Shown: piece by piece, positions 52,001-64,000 of the stretch
Numbering within the stretch: position 1 is the first letter of the stretch
Layout of the letters: every line of letters begins with the position of its first letter
Source: Eledone cirrhosa
Lineage: Eukaryota
DNA: 64,000 bases
Direction: 5' to 3'
NCBI GenBank assembly: GCA_964016885.1
Contig: OZ024764.1
Location: 27,466,001 to 27,530,000 of the forward strand
Translations under genes and position numbers: made by a program
The notes under the pieces: generated by a model
What the model saw: only the letters and a program-made list of their open reading frames with translations
Told to the model about the DNA's origin: nothing
Databases searched by the model: none

Positions 52001-53630
52001 ATTGTCATGTAATGTTATGGACATATCTACCCTTGGGGCTAATAATTGTCATGTAATGTTATGTACATCTCTGCCCCTGTGGCAAATAATTCTGTCATGT
52101 AATGTTATGGACACCTCTGTCCCTGTGGCTAATAATTATGTCATGTAATGTTATGGACATCTCTGCCCCTGTGGCTAATAATTCTGTCATGTAATGTTAT
52201 GGACATCTCTGCCCCTGTGGCTAATAAATTCGTCATGTAATGTTATGGACATCTCTGCCCCTGTGGCTAATAAATCTGTCATGTAATGTTTTGGACATCT
52301 CTTCCCCTGTGGCTAATAATTCTGACATGTAATGTTATGGATATCTCTGCCCCTGTGGCTAATAATTCTGAGAGAGATGAAACACGTGAGGGATAAGAGA
52401 GAGATGAAACAAGTGAGGGATTAGAGTGTTGAAACAAGAGAGAGAGAGGAAGAGAGAGTGAGAGCGAGATCAAACGAGAGAGAGAGAGCGAGATGAAATG
52501 AGAGAGTGAGAGCGAGATGAAACGAGAGAGAGAGAGCGAGATGAAATGAGAGAGAGAGAGCGAGATGAAATGAGAGAGAGAGAGCGAGATGAAACGAGAC
52601 AGAGAGAGCGAGGTGAAACGAGAGAGAGAGAGAGCGAAATGAAACGAGACAGATTAGAGCGAGATGAAACGAGAGAGAGAGAGAGCAAGATGAAATGAGA
52701 GAGAGAGAGCGAGATGAAACGAGAGAGTGAGAGCTAGAGTAAACGATAGAGAGAGGAAACGAGAGAGAGAGGAAACGAGAGAGAGGATACGAGAGAGAGG
52801 AAACGAGAGTAGAGAGCGAGATGAAACAGGAGAGAGAGAGCGAGATGAAACAGGAGAGAGAGAGCGAGATGAAACGAGAGGGAGAGTGAGATGAAACGAG
52901 AGAGCGAGAGAGAGATAGAGGGAGATGAAACGACAGAGAGAGAGACAGATGAAACGAGGGAGATAGAGATGAAACGAGAGAGAGAGATGAAACGAGAGAG
53001 AGGAAGAGAGAGATGGAACGAGAGAGAGGAAGAGAGAGATGGAACGAGAGAGAGGAAGGCAGAGATGAAACGAGAGAGAGAGAGAGAGCGAGATGAAACG
53101 AGAGAGAGGAAGAGAGAGAACGCGAGATGAAACGAGAGAGAGAGCAAGATGAAACGAGAGAGAGGAAGAGAGAGAGCGCAAGATGAAACGAGAGAGAGAG
53201 AGCGCGAGATGGAAGTCTGTCATGTAATGTTATGGACATATCTGCCCTTGGGGCTAATAATTGTCATGTAATGTTATGGAAATCTCTGCCCCTGTGGCTA
53301 ATAATTCTGTCATGTAATGTTATGGACATCTCTGCCCCTGTGGCTAATAATTCTGTCATGTAATGTTATGGACATCTCTGCCCCTGTGGCTAATAAATCT
53401 GTCATGTAATGTTATGGACATCTCTGCCCCTGTGGCTAATAATTCTGACATGTAATGTTATGGACATCTCTGCCCCTGTGGCTAATAAATATGACATGTA
53501 ATGTTATGGACATCTCTGCCCCTGTGGCTAATAAATCTGTCATGTAATGTTATGGACATCTCTGCCCCTGTGGCTAATAATTCTGACATGTAATGTTATG
53601 GACATCTCTGCCCCTGTGGCTAATAATTCT
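24700..53630 (+). repeat. Composite satellite, forward arm: alternating GA-rich blocks (~0.65-2.0 kb) and 46-bp blocks (~8-15 units), with a ~4.84 kb higher-order repeat
   Basis: About 18 composite monomers. Identical spurious ORFs recur at offset 4836 (31595/36431, 33038/37874, 34281/39117). Confidence 0.97.
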
Positions 53631-56600
53631 GATTTATTAGCCACAGGGGCAGAGATGTCCATAACATTACATGACAGAATTATTAGCCACAGGGGCAGAG
53701 ATTTCCATAACATTACATGTCAGAATTATTAGCCACAGGGGCAGAGATGTCCATAACATTACATGTCAGAATTATTAGCCACAGGGGCAGAGATGTCCAT
53801 AACATTACATGACAGAATTATTAGCCACAGGGGCAGAGATGACCATAACATTACATGACAATTATTAGCCACAGGGGCAGATATGTCAATAACATTACAT
53901 GACAGAGTTTCATCTTGCGCTCTCTCTCTCTCGTTTCATCTCGCTCTCCCTCTCTCTCGTTTCATCTCTGTCTTCCTCTCTCTCGTTTCATCTCGCTCTC
54001 TCTCTCTCTCGTTTCATCTCTGTCTTCCTCTCTCTCGTTCCATCTCTCTCTTCCTATCTCTCGTTCCATCTCTCTCTTCCTCTCTTTCGTTTCATCTCTA
54101 TCTCCCTTCTTTCATCTGTCTCTCTCTCTGTCGTTTCATCTCGCGCTCTCTCTCTCTCGTTTCATCTTGCGCTCTCTCTCTCTCGTTTCGTCTTGCTCTC
54201 TCTCTCTCTCGTTTCATCTCTGTCTTCCTCTCTCTCGTTCCATCTCTCTATTCCTCTCTCTCGTTCCATCTCTCTCATCCTCTCTCTCGTTTCATCTCTA
54301 TCTCCCTCCTTTCATCTGTCTCTCTCTCTGTCGTTTCATCTCGCGCTCTCTCTCTCTCGTTTCATCTTGCGCTCTCTCTCTCTCGTTTCATCTCGTTCTC
54401 TCTCTCGTTTCATCTCTGTCTTCCTCTCTCTCGTTCCATCTCTCTCTTCCTCTCTCTCGTTCCATCTCTCTCTTCCTCTCTCTCGTTTCATCTCTATCTC
54501 CCTTCTTTCATCTGTCTCGCTCTCTGTCGTTTCATCTCGCGCTCTCTCTCTCTCGTTTCATGTCGCGCTCTCTCTCTCTCGTTTCATCTCGCTCTCTCTC
54601 TCTCGTTTCATCTCTGTCTTCCTCTCTCTCGTGCCATCTCTCTCTTCCTCTCTCTCTTCCTCTCTCTCGTTTCATCTCTATCTCCCTTGTTTCATCTCTC
54701 TCTCGCTCTCTCGTTTCATCTCTCTCTCCCTCTCGTTTCATCTCGCTCTCTCTCTCCTGTTTCATCTCGCTCTCTCTCTCTCGTTTCATCTCTGTCTTCC
54801 TCTCTCTCGTTCCATCTCTGTCTTCCTCTCTCTCGTTCCATCTCTCGCTTCCTCTCTCTCGTTTCATCTCGCTCTCCCTCGTTTCATCTCTCTCTCGCTC
54901 TCTCGTTTCATCTCTCTCTCCCTCTCATTTCATCTCGCTCTCTCTCTCCTGTTTCATCTGGCTCTCTCTCTCTCTCCTGTTTCATCTCGCTCTCTACTCT
55001 CGTTTCCTCTCTCTCTCTCGTTTCATCTCTCTCTCCCTCCCGTTTCATCTCGCTCTCTCTCTCTCATTTCATCTCGCTCTCTCTCTCTCGTTTCATCTCG
55101 CTCTCCCTCTCTCGTTTCATCCCGCTCTCACTCTCTCATTTCTTCTCGCTCTCTCTCTCTTGTTTCAACACTCTAATCCCTCACTTGTTTACTATCTCTC
55201 AGAATTATTAGCCACAGGGGCAGCGATGACCATAACATTACATGTCAGAATTATTAGCCACAAGGGCAGAGATGTCCATAACATTACATGACAGAATTAT
55301 TAGCCACAGGGGCAGAGATGACCATAACATTACATGACAATTATTAGCCACAGGGGCAGATATGTCAATAACATTACATGACAGAGTTTCATCTCGCGCT
55401 CTCTCTCTCTCGTTTCATCTTGCTCTCTCTCTCGTTTCATCTCTGTCTTCCTCTCTCTCGTTCCATCTCTCTCTTCCTCTCTCTCGTTCCATCTCTCTCA
55501 TCCTCTCTCTCGTTTCATCTCTATCTCCCTCCTTTCATCTGTCTCTCTCTCTGTCGTTTCATCTCGCGCTCTCTCTCTCTCGTTTCATCTCGCGCTCTCT
55601 CTGTCTCGTTTCATCTCGCTCTCTCTCTCTCTCGTTTCATCTCTGTCTTCCTCTCTCTCGTTCCATCTCTCTCTTCCTCTCTCTCGTTCCATCTCTCTCT
55701 TCCTCTCTCTCGTTTCATCTCTATCTCCCTCGTTTCATCTCTCTCTCGCTCTCTCGTTTCATCTCTCTCTCCCGCTCGTTTCTTTTCGCCCTCTCTCTCC
55801 TGTTTCATCTCGCTCTCTACTCTCGTTTCCTCTCTCTCATTTCCTCTCTCTCTCGTTTCCTCTCTGTCTCGTTTCATCTCACTCTCTCTCTTTCTCGTTT
55901 GATCTCGCTCTCACTCTCTCGTTTCATCTCGCTTCTCTCACTCTCTTGTTTCATCTCGCTCTCTCTCTCTCTTCCTCTCTCTCTCTTGTTTCAACACTCT
56001 AATCCCTCACTTGTTTTATCTCTCTCTAATCCCTCACTTGGTTCATCTCTCTCAGAATTATTAGCCACAGGGGCAGAGATGTCCATAACATTACATGTCA
56101 GAATTATTAGCCACAGGGCAGAGATGTCCATAACATTACATGTCAGAATTATATGCCACTGGGGCAGAGATGTCCATAACATTACATGTCAGAATTATTA
56201 GCCACAGGGGTAGAGATGTCCATAACATTACATGTCAGAATTATTAGCCACAGGGGCAGAGATGTCCATAACATTACATGACAGAGTTATTAGCCACAGG
56301 GGCAGTGATGTCCATAACATTACATGACAATTATTAGCCCCAAGGGCAGATATGTCCATAACATTACATGACAGAGTTCCATCTCGCGCTCTCTCTCTTC
56401 CTCTCTCTCGTTTCATCTCGCTCTCTCTCTCTCTCGTTTCATCTCGCTCTCTCGTTTCATCTCGCTCTCTCGTTTCATCTCGCTCTCTCTCGTTTCATCT
56501 CTGTCTTCCTCTCTCTCGTTCCATCTCTCTCTTCCTCTCTCTCGTTCCATCTCTCTCTTCCTCTCTCTCGTTTCATTTCTATCTCCCTCCTTTCATCTGT

Positions 56601-59600
56601 CTCTCTCTCTGTCGTTTCATCTCGCGCTCTCTCTCTCTCGATTCATCTCGCGCTCTCTCTCTCTCGTTTCATCTCGCTCTCTCTCTCTCTCGTTTCATCT
56701 CTGTCTTCCTCTCTCGCGTTCCATCTCTCTCTTCCTCCCTCTCTTCCTCTCTCTCGTTTCATCTCTATCTCCCTCGTTTCATCTCTCTCTCCCTCTCGTT
56801 TCATCTCGCTCTCTCTCTCCTGTTTCATCTCGCTCTCTACTCTCGTTTCCTCTCTCTCGTTTCCTCTCTGTCTCGTTCCATCCCGCTCTCTCTCTCTCTC
56901 ATTACATCTCGCTCTCTCTGTCTCGTTTCATCTCGCTCTCTCTCTCTCTCGTTTCATCTCGCTCTCACTCTCTCGTTTCATCTCGCGTTTCATCTCACTC
57001 TCCCTGTCTCATTTCACCTCGCTCTCTCTCTCTCTTCCTCTCTCTCTCTTGTTTCAACACTCTAATCCCTCACTTGTTTTATCTCTCTCTAATCCCTCAC
57101 TTGTTTCATCTCTCTCAGAATTATTAGCCACAGGGGCAGAGATGTCCATAACATTACATGTCAGAATTATTAGCCACAGGGCAGAGATGTCCATAACATT
57201 ACATGTCAGAGTTATTAGCCACAGGGGCAGAGATGTCCATAACATTACATGTCAGAATTATTAGCCACGGGGGCGGAGACGTCCATAACATTACATGACA
57301 GAATTATTAGCCACAGGGGCAGAGATGACCATAACATTACATGACAATTATTAGCCACAGGGGCAGATATATCAATAACATTACATGATAGAGTTTCATC
57401 TCGCGCTCTCTCTCTCTCGTTTCATCTTGCTCTCTCTCTCTCTCGTTTCATCTCTGTCTTCCTCTCTCTCGTTCCATCTCTCTCTTCCTCTCTCTCGTTC
57501 CATCTCTCTCATCCTCTCTCTCGTTTCATCTCTATCTCCCTCCTTTCATCTGTCTCTCTCTGTCGTTTCATCTCGTGCTCTCTCTCTCTCGTTTCATCTC
57601 GCGCTCTCTCTGTCTCGTTTCATCTCGCTCTCTCTCTCTCTCGTTTCATCTCTGTCTTCCTCTCTCACGTTCCATCTCTCTCTTCCTCTCTCTCGTTCCA
57701 TCTCTCTCTTCCTCTCTCTCGTTTCATCTCTATCTCCCTCGTTTCATCTCTCTCTCGCTCTCTCGTTTCATCTCTCTCTCCCTCTCGTTTCATCTCGCTC
57801 TCTACTCTCGTTTCCTCTCTCTCGTTTCCTCTCTGTCTCGTTCCATCCCGCTCTCTCTCTCTCACATTACATCTCGCTCTCTCTCTCTCGTTTCATCTCG
57901 CTCTCACTCTCTCGTTTCATCTCGCTTCTCTCACTATTGCGTTTCATCTCGCTCTCCCTGTCTCATTTCATCTCGCTCTCTCTCTCTCTCTTCCTCTCTC
58001 TCTCTTGTTTCAACACTCTAATCCCTCACTTGTTTTATCTCTCTCTAATCCCTCCCTTGTTTCATCTCTCTCAGAATTATTAGCCACTGGGGCAGAGATG
58101 TCCATAACATTACATGTCAGAGTTATTAGCCACAGGGGCAGAGATGTCCATAACATTACATGACAGAGTTTCATCTCGCGCTCTCTCTCTCTCGTTTCAT
58201 CTCGCGCTCTCTCTCTTCCTCTCTCTCGTTTCATCTCGCTCTCTCTCTCTCTCGTTTCACCTCTGTCTTTCATCTCTCTCTTCCTCTCTCTCGTTCCATC
58301 TCTCTCTTCCTCTCTCTCGTTTCATCTCTATCTCCCTCCTTTCATCTGTCTCTCTCTCTGTCGTTTCATCTCGCGCTCTCTCTCTCTCGTTTCATCTCGC
58401 GCTCTCTCTCTCTCGTTTCATCTCGCTCTCTCTCTCTCTCGTTACATCTCTGTCTTCCTCTCTCTCGTTCCATCTCTCTCTTCCTCTCTCTCTTCCTCTC
58501 TCTCGTTTCATCTCTATCTCCCTCGTTTCATCTCTCTCTCCCTCTCGTTTCATCTCGCTCTCTCTCTCCTGTTTCATCTCGCTCTCTACTCTCGTTTCCT
58601 CTCTCTCGTTTCCTCTCTGTCTCGTTCCATCCCGCTCTCTCTCTCATTACATCTCGCTCTCTCTGTCTCGTTTCATCTCGCCCTCTCTCTCTCTCGTTTC
58701 ATCTCGCTCTCACTCTCTCGTTTCATCTCGCGTTTCATCTCACTCTCCCTGTCTCATTTCATCTCGCTCTCTCTCTCTCTTCCTCTCTCTCTCTTGTTTC
58801 AACACTCTAATCCCTCACTTGTTTTATCTCTCTCTAATCCCTCACTTGTTTCATCTCTCTCAGAATTATTAGCCACAGGGGCAGAGATGTCCATAACATT
58901 ACATGTCAGAATTATTAGCCACAGGGCAGAGATGTCCATAACATTACATGTCAGAATTATTAGCCACAGGGGCAGAGATGTCCATAACATTACATGTCAG
59001 AATTATTAGCCACAGGGGCGGAGACGTCCATAACATTACATGACAGAATTATTAGCCACAGGGGCAGAGATGACCATAACATTACATGACAATTATTAGC
59101 CACAGGGGCAGATATATCAATAACATTACATGATAGACTTTCATCTCGCGCTCTCTCTCTCTCGTTTCATCTTGCGCTCTCTCTCTCTCGTTTCATCTTG
59201 CTCTCTCTCTCGTTTCATCTCTGTATTCCTCTCTCTCGTTCCATCTCTCTATTCCTCTCTCTCGTTCCATCTCTCTCATCCTCTCTCTCGTTTTATCTGT
59301 ATCTCCCTCCTTCAATCTGTCTCTCTCTCTGTCGTTTCATCTCGTGCTCTCTCTGTCTCGTTTCATCTCGCGCTCTCTCTGTCTCGTTTCATCTCGCTCT
59401 CTCTCTCTCTCTCGTTTTATCTCTGTCTTCCTCTCTCTCGTTCCATCTCTCTCTTCCTCTTTCTCGTTCCATCTCTCTCTTCCTCTCTCTCGTTTCATCT
59501 CTATCTCCCTCGTTTCATCTCTCTCTCGCTCTCTCGTTTCATCTCTCTCTCCCTCTCGTTTCATCTCTCTCTCTACTCTCGTTTCCTCTCTCTCGTTTCC

Positions 59601-62600
59601 TCTCTGTCTCGTTCCATCCCGCTCTCTCTCTCTCTCATTACATCTCGCTCTCTCTGTCTCGTTTCATCTCGCTCTCTCTCGCTCTCGTTTCATCTCGCTC
59701 TCACTCTCTCGTTTCATCTCGCTTCTCTCACTATTGCGTTTCATCTCGCTCTCCCTGTCTCATTTCATCTCGCTCTCTCTCTCTCTTCCTCTCTCTTGTT
59801 TCAACACCCTAATCCCTCACTTGTTTTATCTCTCTCTAATCCCTCACTTGTTTCATCTCTCTCAGAATTATTAGCCACAGGGGCAGAGATGTCCATAACA
59901 TTACATGTCAGAGTTATTAGCCACAGGGGCAGAGATGTCCATAACGTTACATGACAATTATTAGCCCCAAGGGCAGATATGTCCATAACATTACATGACA
60001 GAGTTTCATCTCGCGCTCTCTCTCTCTCGTTTCATCTCGCGCTCTCTCTCTTCCTCTCTCTCGTTTCATCTCGCTCTCTCTCTCTCTCGTTTCACCTCTG
60101 TCTTCCATCTCTCTCTTCCTCTCTCTCGTTCCATCTCACTCTTCCTCTCTCTCATTTCATCTCTCTCTCTCGTTTCATCTCTATCTCTCTCTCGTTTCAT
60201 CTGTCTCTCTCTCTGTCGTTTCATCTCCCTCTATCTCTCTCTCCCTCTCGTTTCATCTCGCTCTCTCTCTCCTGTTTCATCTCGCTCTCTCTCTCTCCTG
60301 TTTCATCTCGCTCTCTACTCTCGTTTCCTCTCTCTCTCCCTCCTGTTTCATCTCGCTCTCTCTCTCTCGTTTCATCTCGCTCTCACTCTCTCGTTTCATC
60401 TCGCTCTCTCTCTGTCTCGTTTCATCTCGCTCTCTCTCTCTCATTTCATCTCGCTCTCTCTCTCTCTCATTTCATCTCGCTCTCTCTCTCTCGTTTCATC
60501 TCGCTCTCACTCTCTCGTTTCATCTCGCTCTCACTCTCTCGTTTCATCTCGCTCTCCCTGTCTCGTTTCATCTCGCTCACACTCTCTCATTTCATCTCGC
60601 TCTCTCTCTCTTCTTTCAACACTCTAATCCCTCACTTGTTTCATCTCTCTCAGAATTATTAGCCACAGGGGCAGAGATGACCATAACATTACATGTCAGA
60701 ATTATTAGCCACAGGGGCAGAGATGTCCATAACATTACATGTCAGAATCATTAGCCACAGGGGCAGAGATGTCCATAACATTACATGACAGAATTATTAG
60801 CCACAGGGGCAGAGATGACCATAACATTACATGACAATTATTAGCCACAGGGGCAGATATGTCAATAACATTACATGACAGAGTTTCATCTCGCGCTCTC
60901 TCTCTCTCTCGTTTCATCTTGCGCTCTTTCTCTCTCGTTTCCTCTCGCTCTCTCTCTCTCTCGTTTCATCTCTGTCTTCCTCTCTCTCGTTCCATCTCTC
61001 TCTTCCTCTCTCTCGTTCCATCTCTCTCTTCCTCTCTCTCGTTTCATCTGTCTCTCTCTCTCTTCCTCTCTCTCGTTCCATCTCTCTCTTCCTCTCTCTC
61101 GTTTCATCTCTATCTCCCTCGTTTCATCTCTCTCTCGCTCTCTCGTTTCATCTCTCTCTCCCTCTCGTCTCATCTCGCTCTCTCTCTTCTGTTTCATCTC
61201 GCTCTCTACTCTCGTCTCCTCTCTGTCGTTTCCTCTCTGTCTCGTTTCATCTCGCTCTCCCTGTCTCATTTCATCTCGCTCTCTCTCTCTCTCTTCCTCT
61301 CTGTCTCTTGTTTCAACACTCTAATCCCTCACTTGTTTTATCTCTCTCTAATCCCTCACTTGTTTCATCTCTCTCAGAATTATTAGCCACAGGGGCAGAG
61401 ATGTCCATAACATTACATGTCAGAGTTATTAGCCACAGGGGCAGAGATGTCCATAACGTTACATGACAATTATTAGCCCCAAGGGCAGATATGTCCATAA
61501 CATTACATGACAGAGTTTCATCTCGCGCTCTCTCTCTCTCGTTTCATCTCGCGCTCTCTCTCTTCCTCTCTCTCGTTTCATCTCGCTCTCTCTCTCTCGT
61601 TTCAACTCTGTCTTCCATCTCTCTCTTCCTCTCTCTCGTTCCATCTCACTCTTCCTCTCTCTCATTTCATCTCTCTCTCTCGTTTCATCTCTATCTCTCT
61701 CTCTCGTTTCATCTGTCTCTCTCTCTGTCGTTTCATCTCCCTCTATCTCTCTCTCCCTCTCGTTTCATCTCGCTCTCTCTCTCCTGTTTCATCTCGCTCT
61801 CTCTCTCTCCTGTTTCATCTCGCTCTCTACTCTCGTTTCCTCTCTCTCTCCCTCCTGTTTCATCTCGCTCTCTCTCTCTCGTTTCATCTCGCTCTCACTC
61901 TCTCGTTTCATCTCGCTCTCTCTCTGTCTCGTTTCATCTCGCTCTCTCTCTCTCATTTCATCTCGCTCTCTCTCTCTCATTTCATCTCGCTCTCTCTCTC
62001 TCGTTTCATCTCGCTCTCACTCTCTCGTTTCATCTCGCTCTCACTCTCTCGTTTCATCTCGCTCTCCCTGTCTCGTTTCATCTCGCTCACACTCTCTCAT
62101 TTCATCTCGCTCTCTCTCTCTTCTTTCAACACTCTAATCCCTCACTTGTTTCATCTCTCTCAGAATTATTAGCCACAGGGGCAGAGATGACCATAACATT
62201 ACATGTCAGAATTATTAGCCACAGGGGCAGAGATGTCCATAACATTACATGTCAGAATCATTAGCCACAGGGGCAGAGATGTCCATAACATTACATGACA
62301 GAATTATTAGCCACAGGGGCAGAGATGACCATAACATTACATGACAATTATTAGCCACAGGGGCAGATATGTCAATAACATTACATGACAGAGTTTCATC
62401 TCGCGCTCTCTCTCTCTCTCGTTTCCTCTCGCTCTCTCTCTCTCTCGTTTCATCTCTGTCTTCCTCTCTCTCTTCCTCTCTCTCGTTCCATCTCTCTCTT
62501 CCTCTCTCTCGTTTCATCTGTCTCTCTCTCTGTCGTTTCATCTCGCGCTCTCTCTCTCTCGTTTCATCTCGCGCTCTCTCTCTCTCATTTCATCTCGCTC

Positions 62601-64000
62601 TCTCTCTCTCTCGTTTCATCTCTGTCTTCCTCTCTCTCTTCCTCTCTCTCGTTCCATCTCTCTCTTCCTCTCTCTCGTTTCATCTCTATCTCCCTCGTTT
62701 CATCTCTCTCTCGCTCTCTCGTTTCATCTCTCTCTCCCTCTCGTTTCATCTCGCTCTCTCTCTTCTGTTTCATCTCGCTCTCTACTCTCGTCTCCTCTCT
62801 GTCGTTTCCTCTCTGTCTCGTTTCATCTCGCTCTCCCTGTCTCATTTCATCTCGCTCTCTCTCTCTCTCTTCCTCTCTGTCTCTTGTTTCAACACTCTAA
62901 TCCCTCACTTGTTTTATCTCTCTCTAATCCCTCACTTGTTTCATCTCTCTTAGAATTATTAGCCACAGGGGCAGAGATGTCCATAACATTACATGTCAGA
63001 ATTATTAGCCACAGGGCAGAGATGTCCATAACATTACATGTCAGAATTATTAGCCACAGGGGCAGAGATGTCCATAACATTACATGACAGAGTTTCATCT
63101 CGCTCTCTCTCTCTCTCGTTTCATCTCTATCTCCCTCCTTTCATCTGTCTCTCTCTTGCTCTCTCTCGTTCCATCTCTATCTTCATCTCTCTCGTTTCAT
63201 CTCTATCTCCCTCCTTTCATCTGTCTCTCTCTCTGTCGTTTCATCTCGCGCTCTCTCTCTCTCGTTTCATCTCGCGCTCTCTCTCTCTTTCTCTCTCTCG
63301 TTTCATCTCTATCTCCCTCGTTTCATCTGTCTCTCGCTCTCTCGTTTCATCTCTCTCTCCCTCTCGTTTCATCTCGCTCTCTACTCTCGTTTCCTCTCTC
63401 TCGCGTTCCATCCCGCTCTCTCTCTCTCTCATTACATCTCGCTCTCTCTGTCTCGTTTCATCTCGCTCTCTCTCTCTCTCGTTTCATCTCGCTCTCACTC
63501 TCTCGTTTCATCTCGCTTCTCTCACTCTCGTGTTTCATCTCGCTCTCCCTGTCTCATTTCATCTCGCTCTCTCTCTCTCTTCCTCTCTCTCTCTTGTTTC
63601 AACACTCTAATCCCTCACTTGTTTCATCTCTCTCAGAATTATTAGCCACAGGGGCAGAGATGTCCATAACATTACATGTCAGAATTATTAGCCACAGGGC
63701 AGAGATGTCCATAACATTACATGTCAGAATTATTAGCCACAGGGGCAGAGATGTCCATAACATTACATGACAGAATTATTAGCCACAGGGGCAGAGATGT
63801 CCATAACATTACATGTCAGAATTATTAGACACAGGGCAGAGATGTCCATAACATTACATGTCAGAATTATTAGCCACAGGGGCAGAGATGTCCATAACAT
63901 TACATGTCAGAATTATTAGCCACAGGGGCCGAGATGTCCATAACATTACATGAAAGAATTATTAGCCACAGGGGCAGAGATGTCCATAACATTACATGAC
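53631..64000 (-). repeat. Composite satellite, inverted arm (runs off the window)
   Basis: Reverse-complement units (CCACAGGGGCAGAGATGTCCATAACATTACATG; TCTCGTTTCATCTCGC) with shorter monomers and mostly 2-7 46-mers per block, including 45-bp variants. Confidence 0.97.

Overview
This is eukaryotic, repeat-only DNA; I find no intact gene. The SINE family and microsatellite content suggest an octopus or other cephalopod genome (inference). Bases 1-24.7 kb are a rearranged tandem array of a ~10 kb unit. The unit contains a dead, internally deleted Helitron Rep/PIF1-helicase (4 full or partial copies, with a SINE inserted and a TSD), three different CRE-clade non-LTR retrotransposon endonuclease remnants, MITE ends, 55-bp and 40-bp minisatellites and a foldback-type element. 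One duplication junction is filled by a perfect 30-bp snap-back hairpin and an 89-bp double-palindrome array. Two Helitron copies carry the same insertion. In one (13733-16324) it holds a single composite monomer: a GA-rich ~24-bp repeat block followed by a 46-bp minisatellite block. In the next copy that monomer forms a >39 kb composite satellite (24.7-64 kb) with a ~4.84 kb three-monomer higher-order repeat and a spacer-less inversion at ~53630, beyond which lies a more diverged, ancestral-looking arm. Almost all ORFs in the supplied track beyond 14.5 kb are low-complexity artefacts. Coordinates were read by eye and may be off by a few bases.
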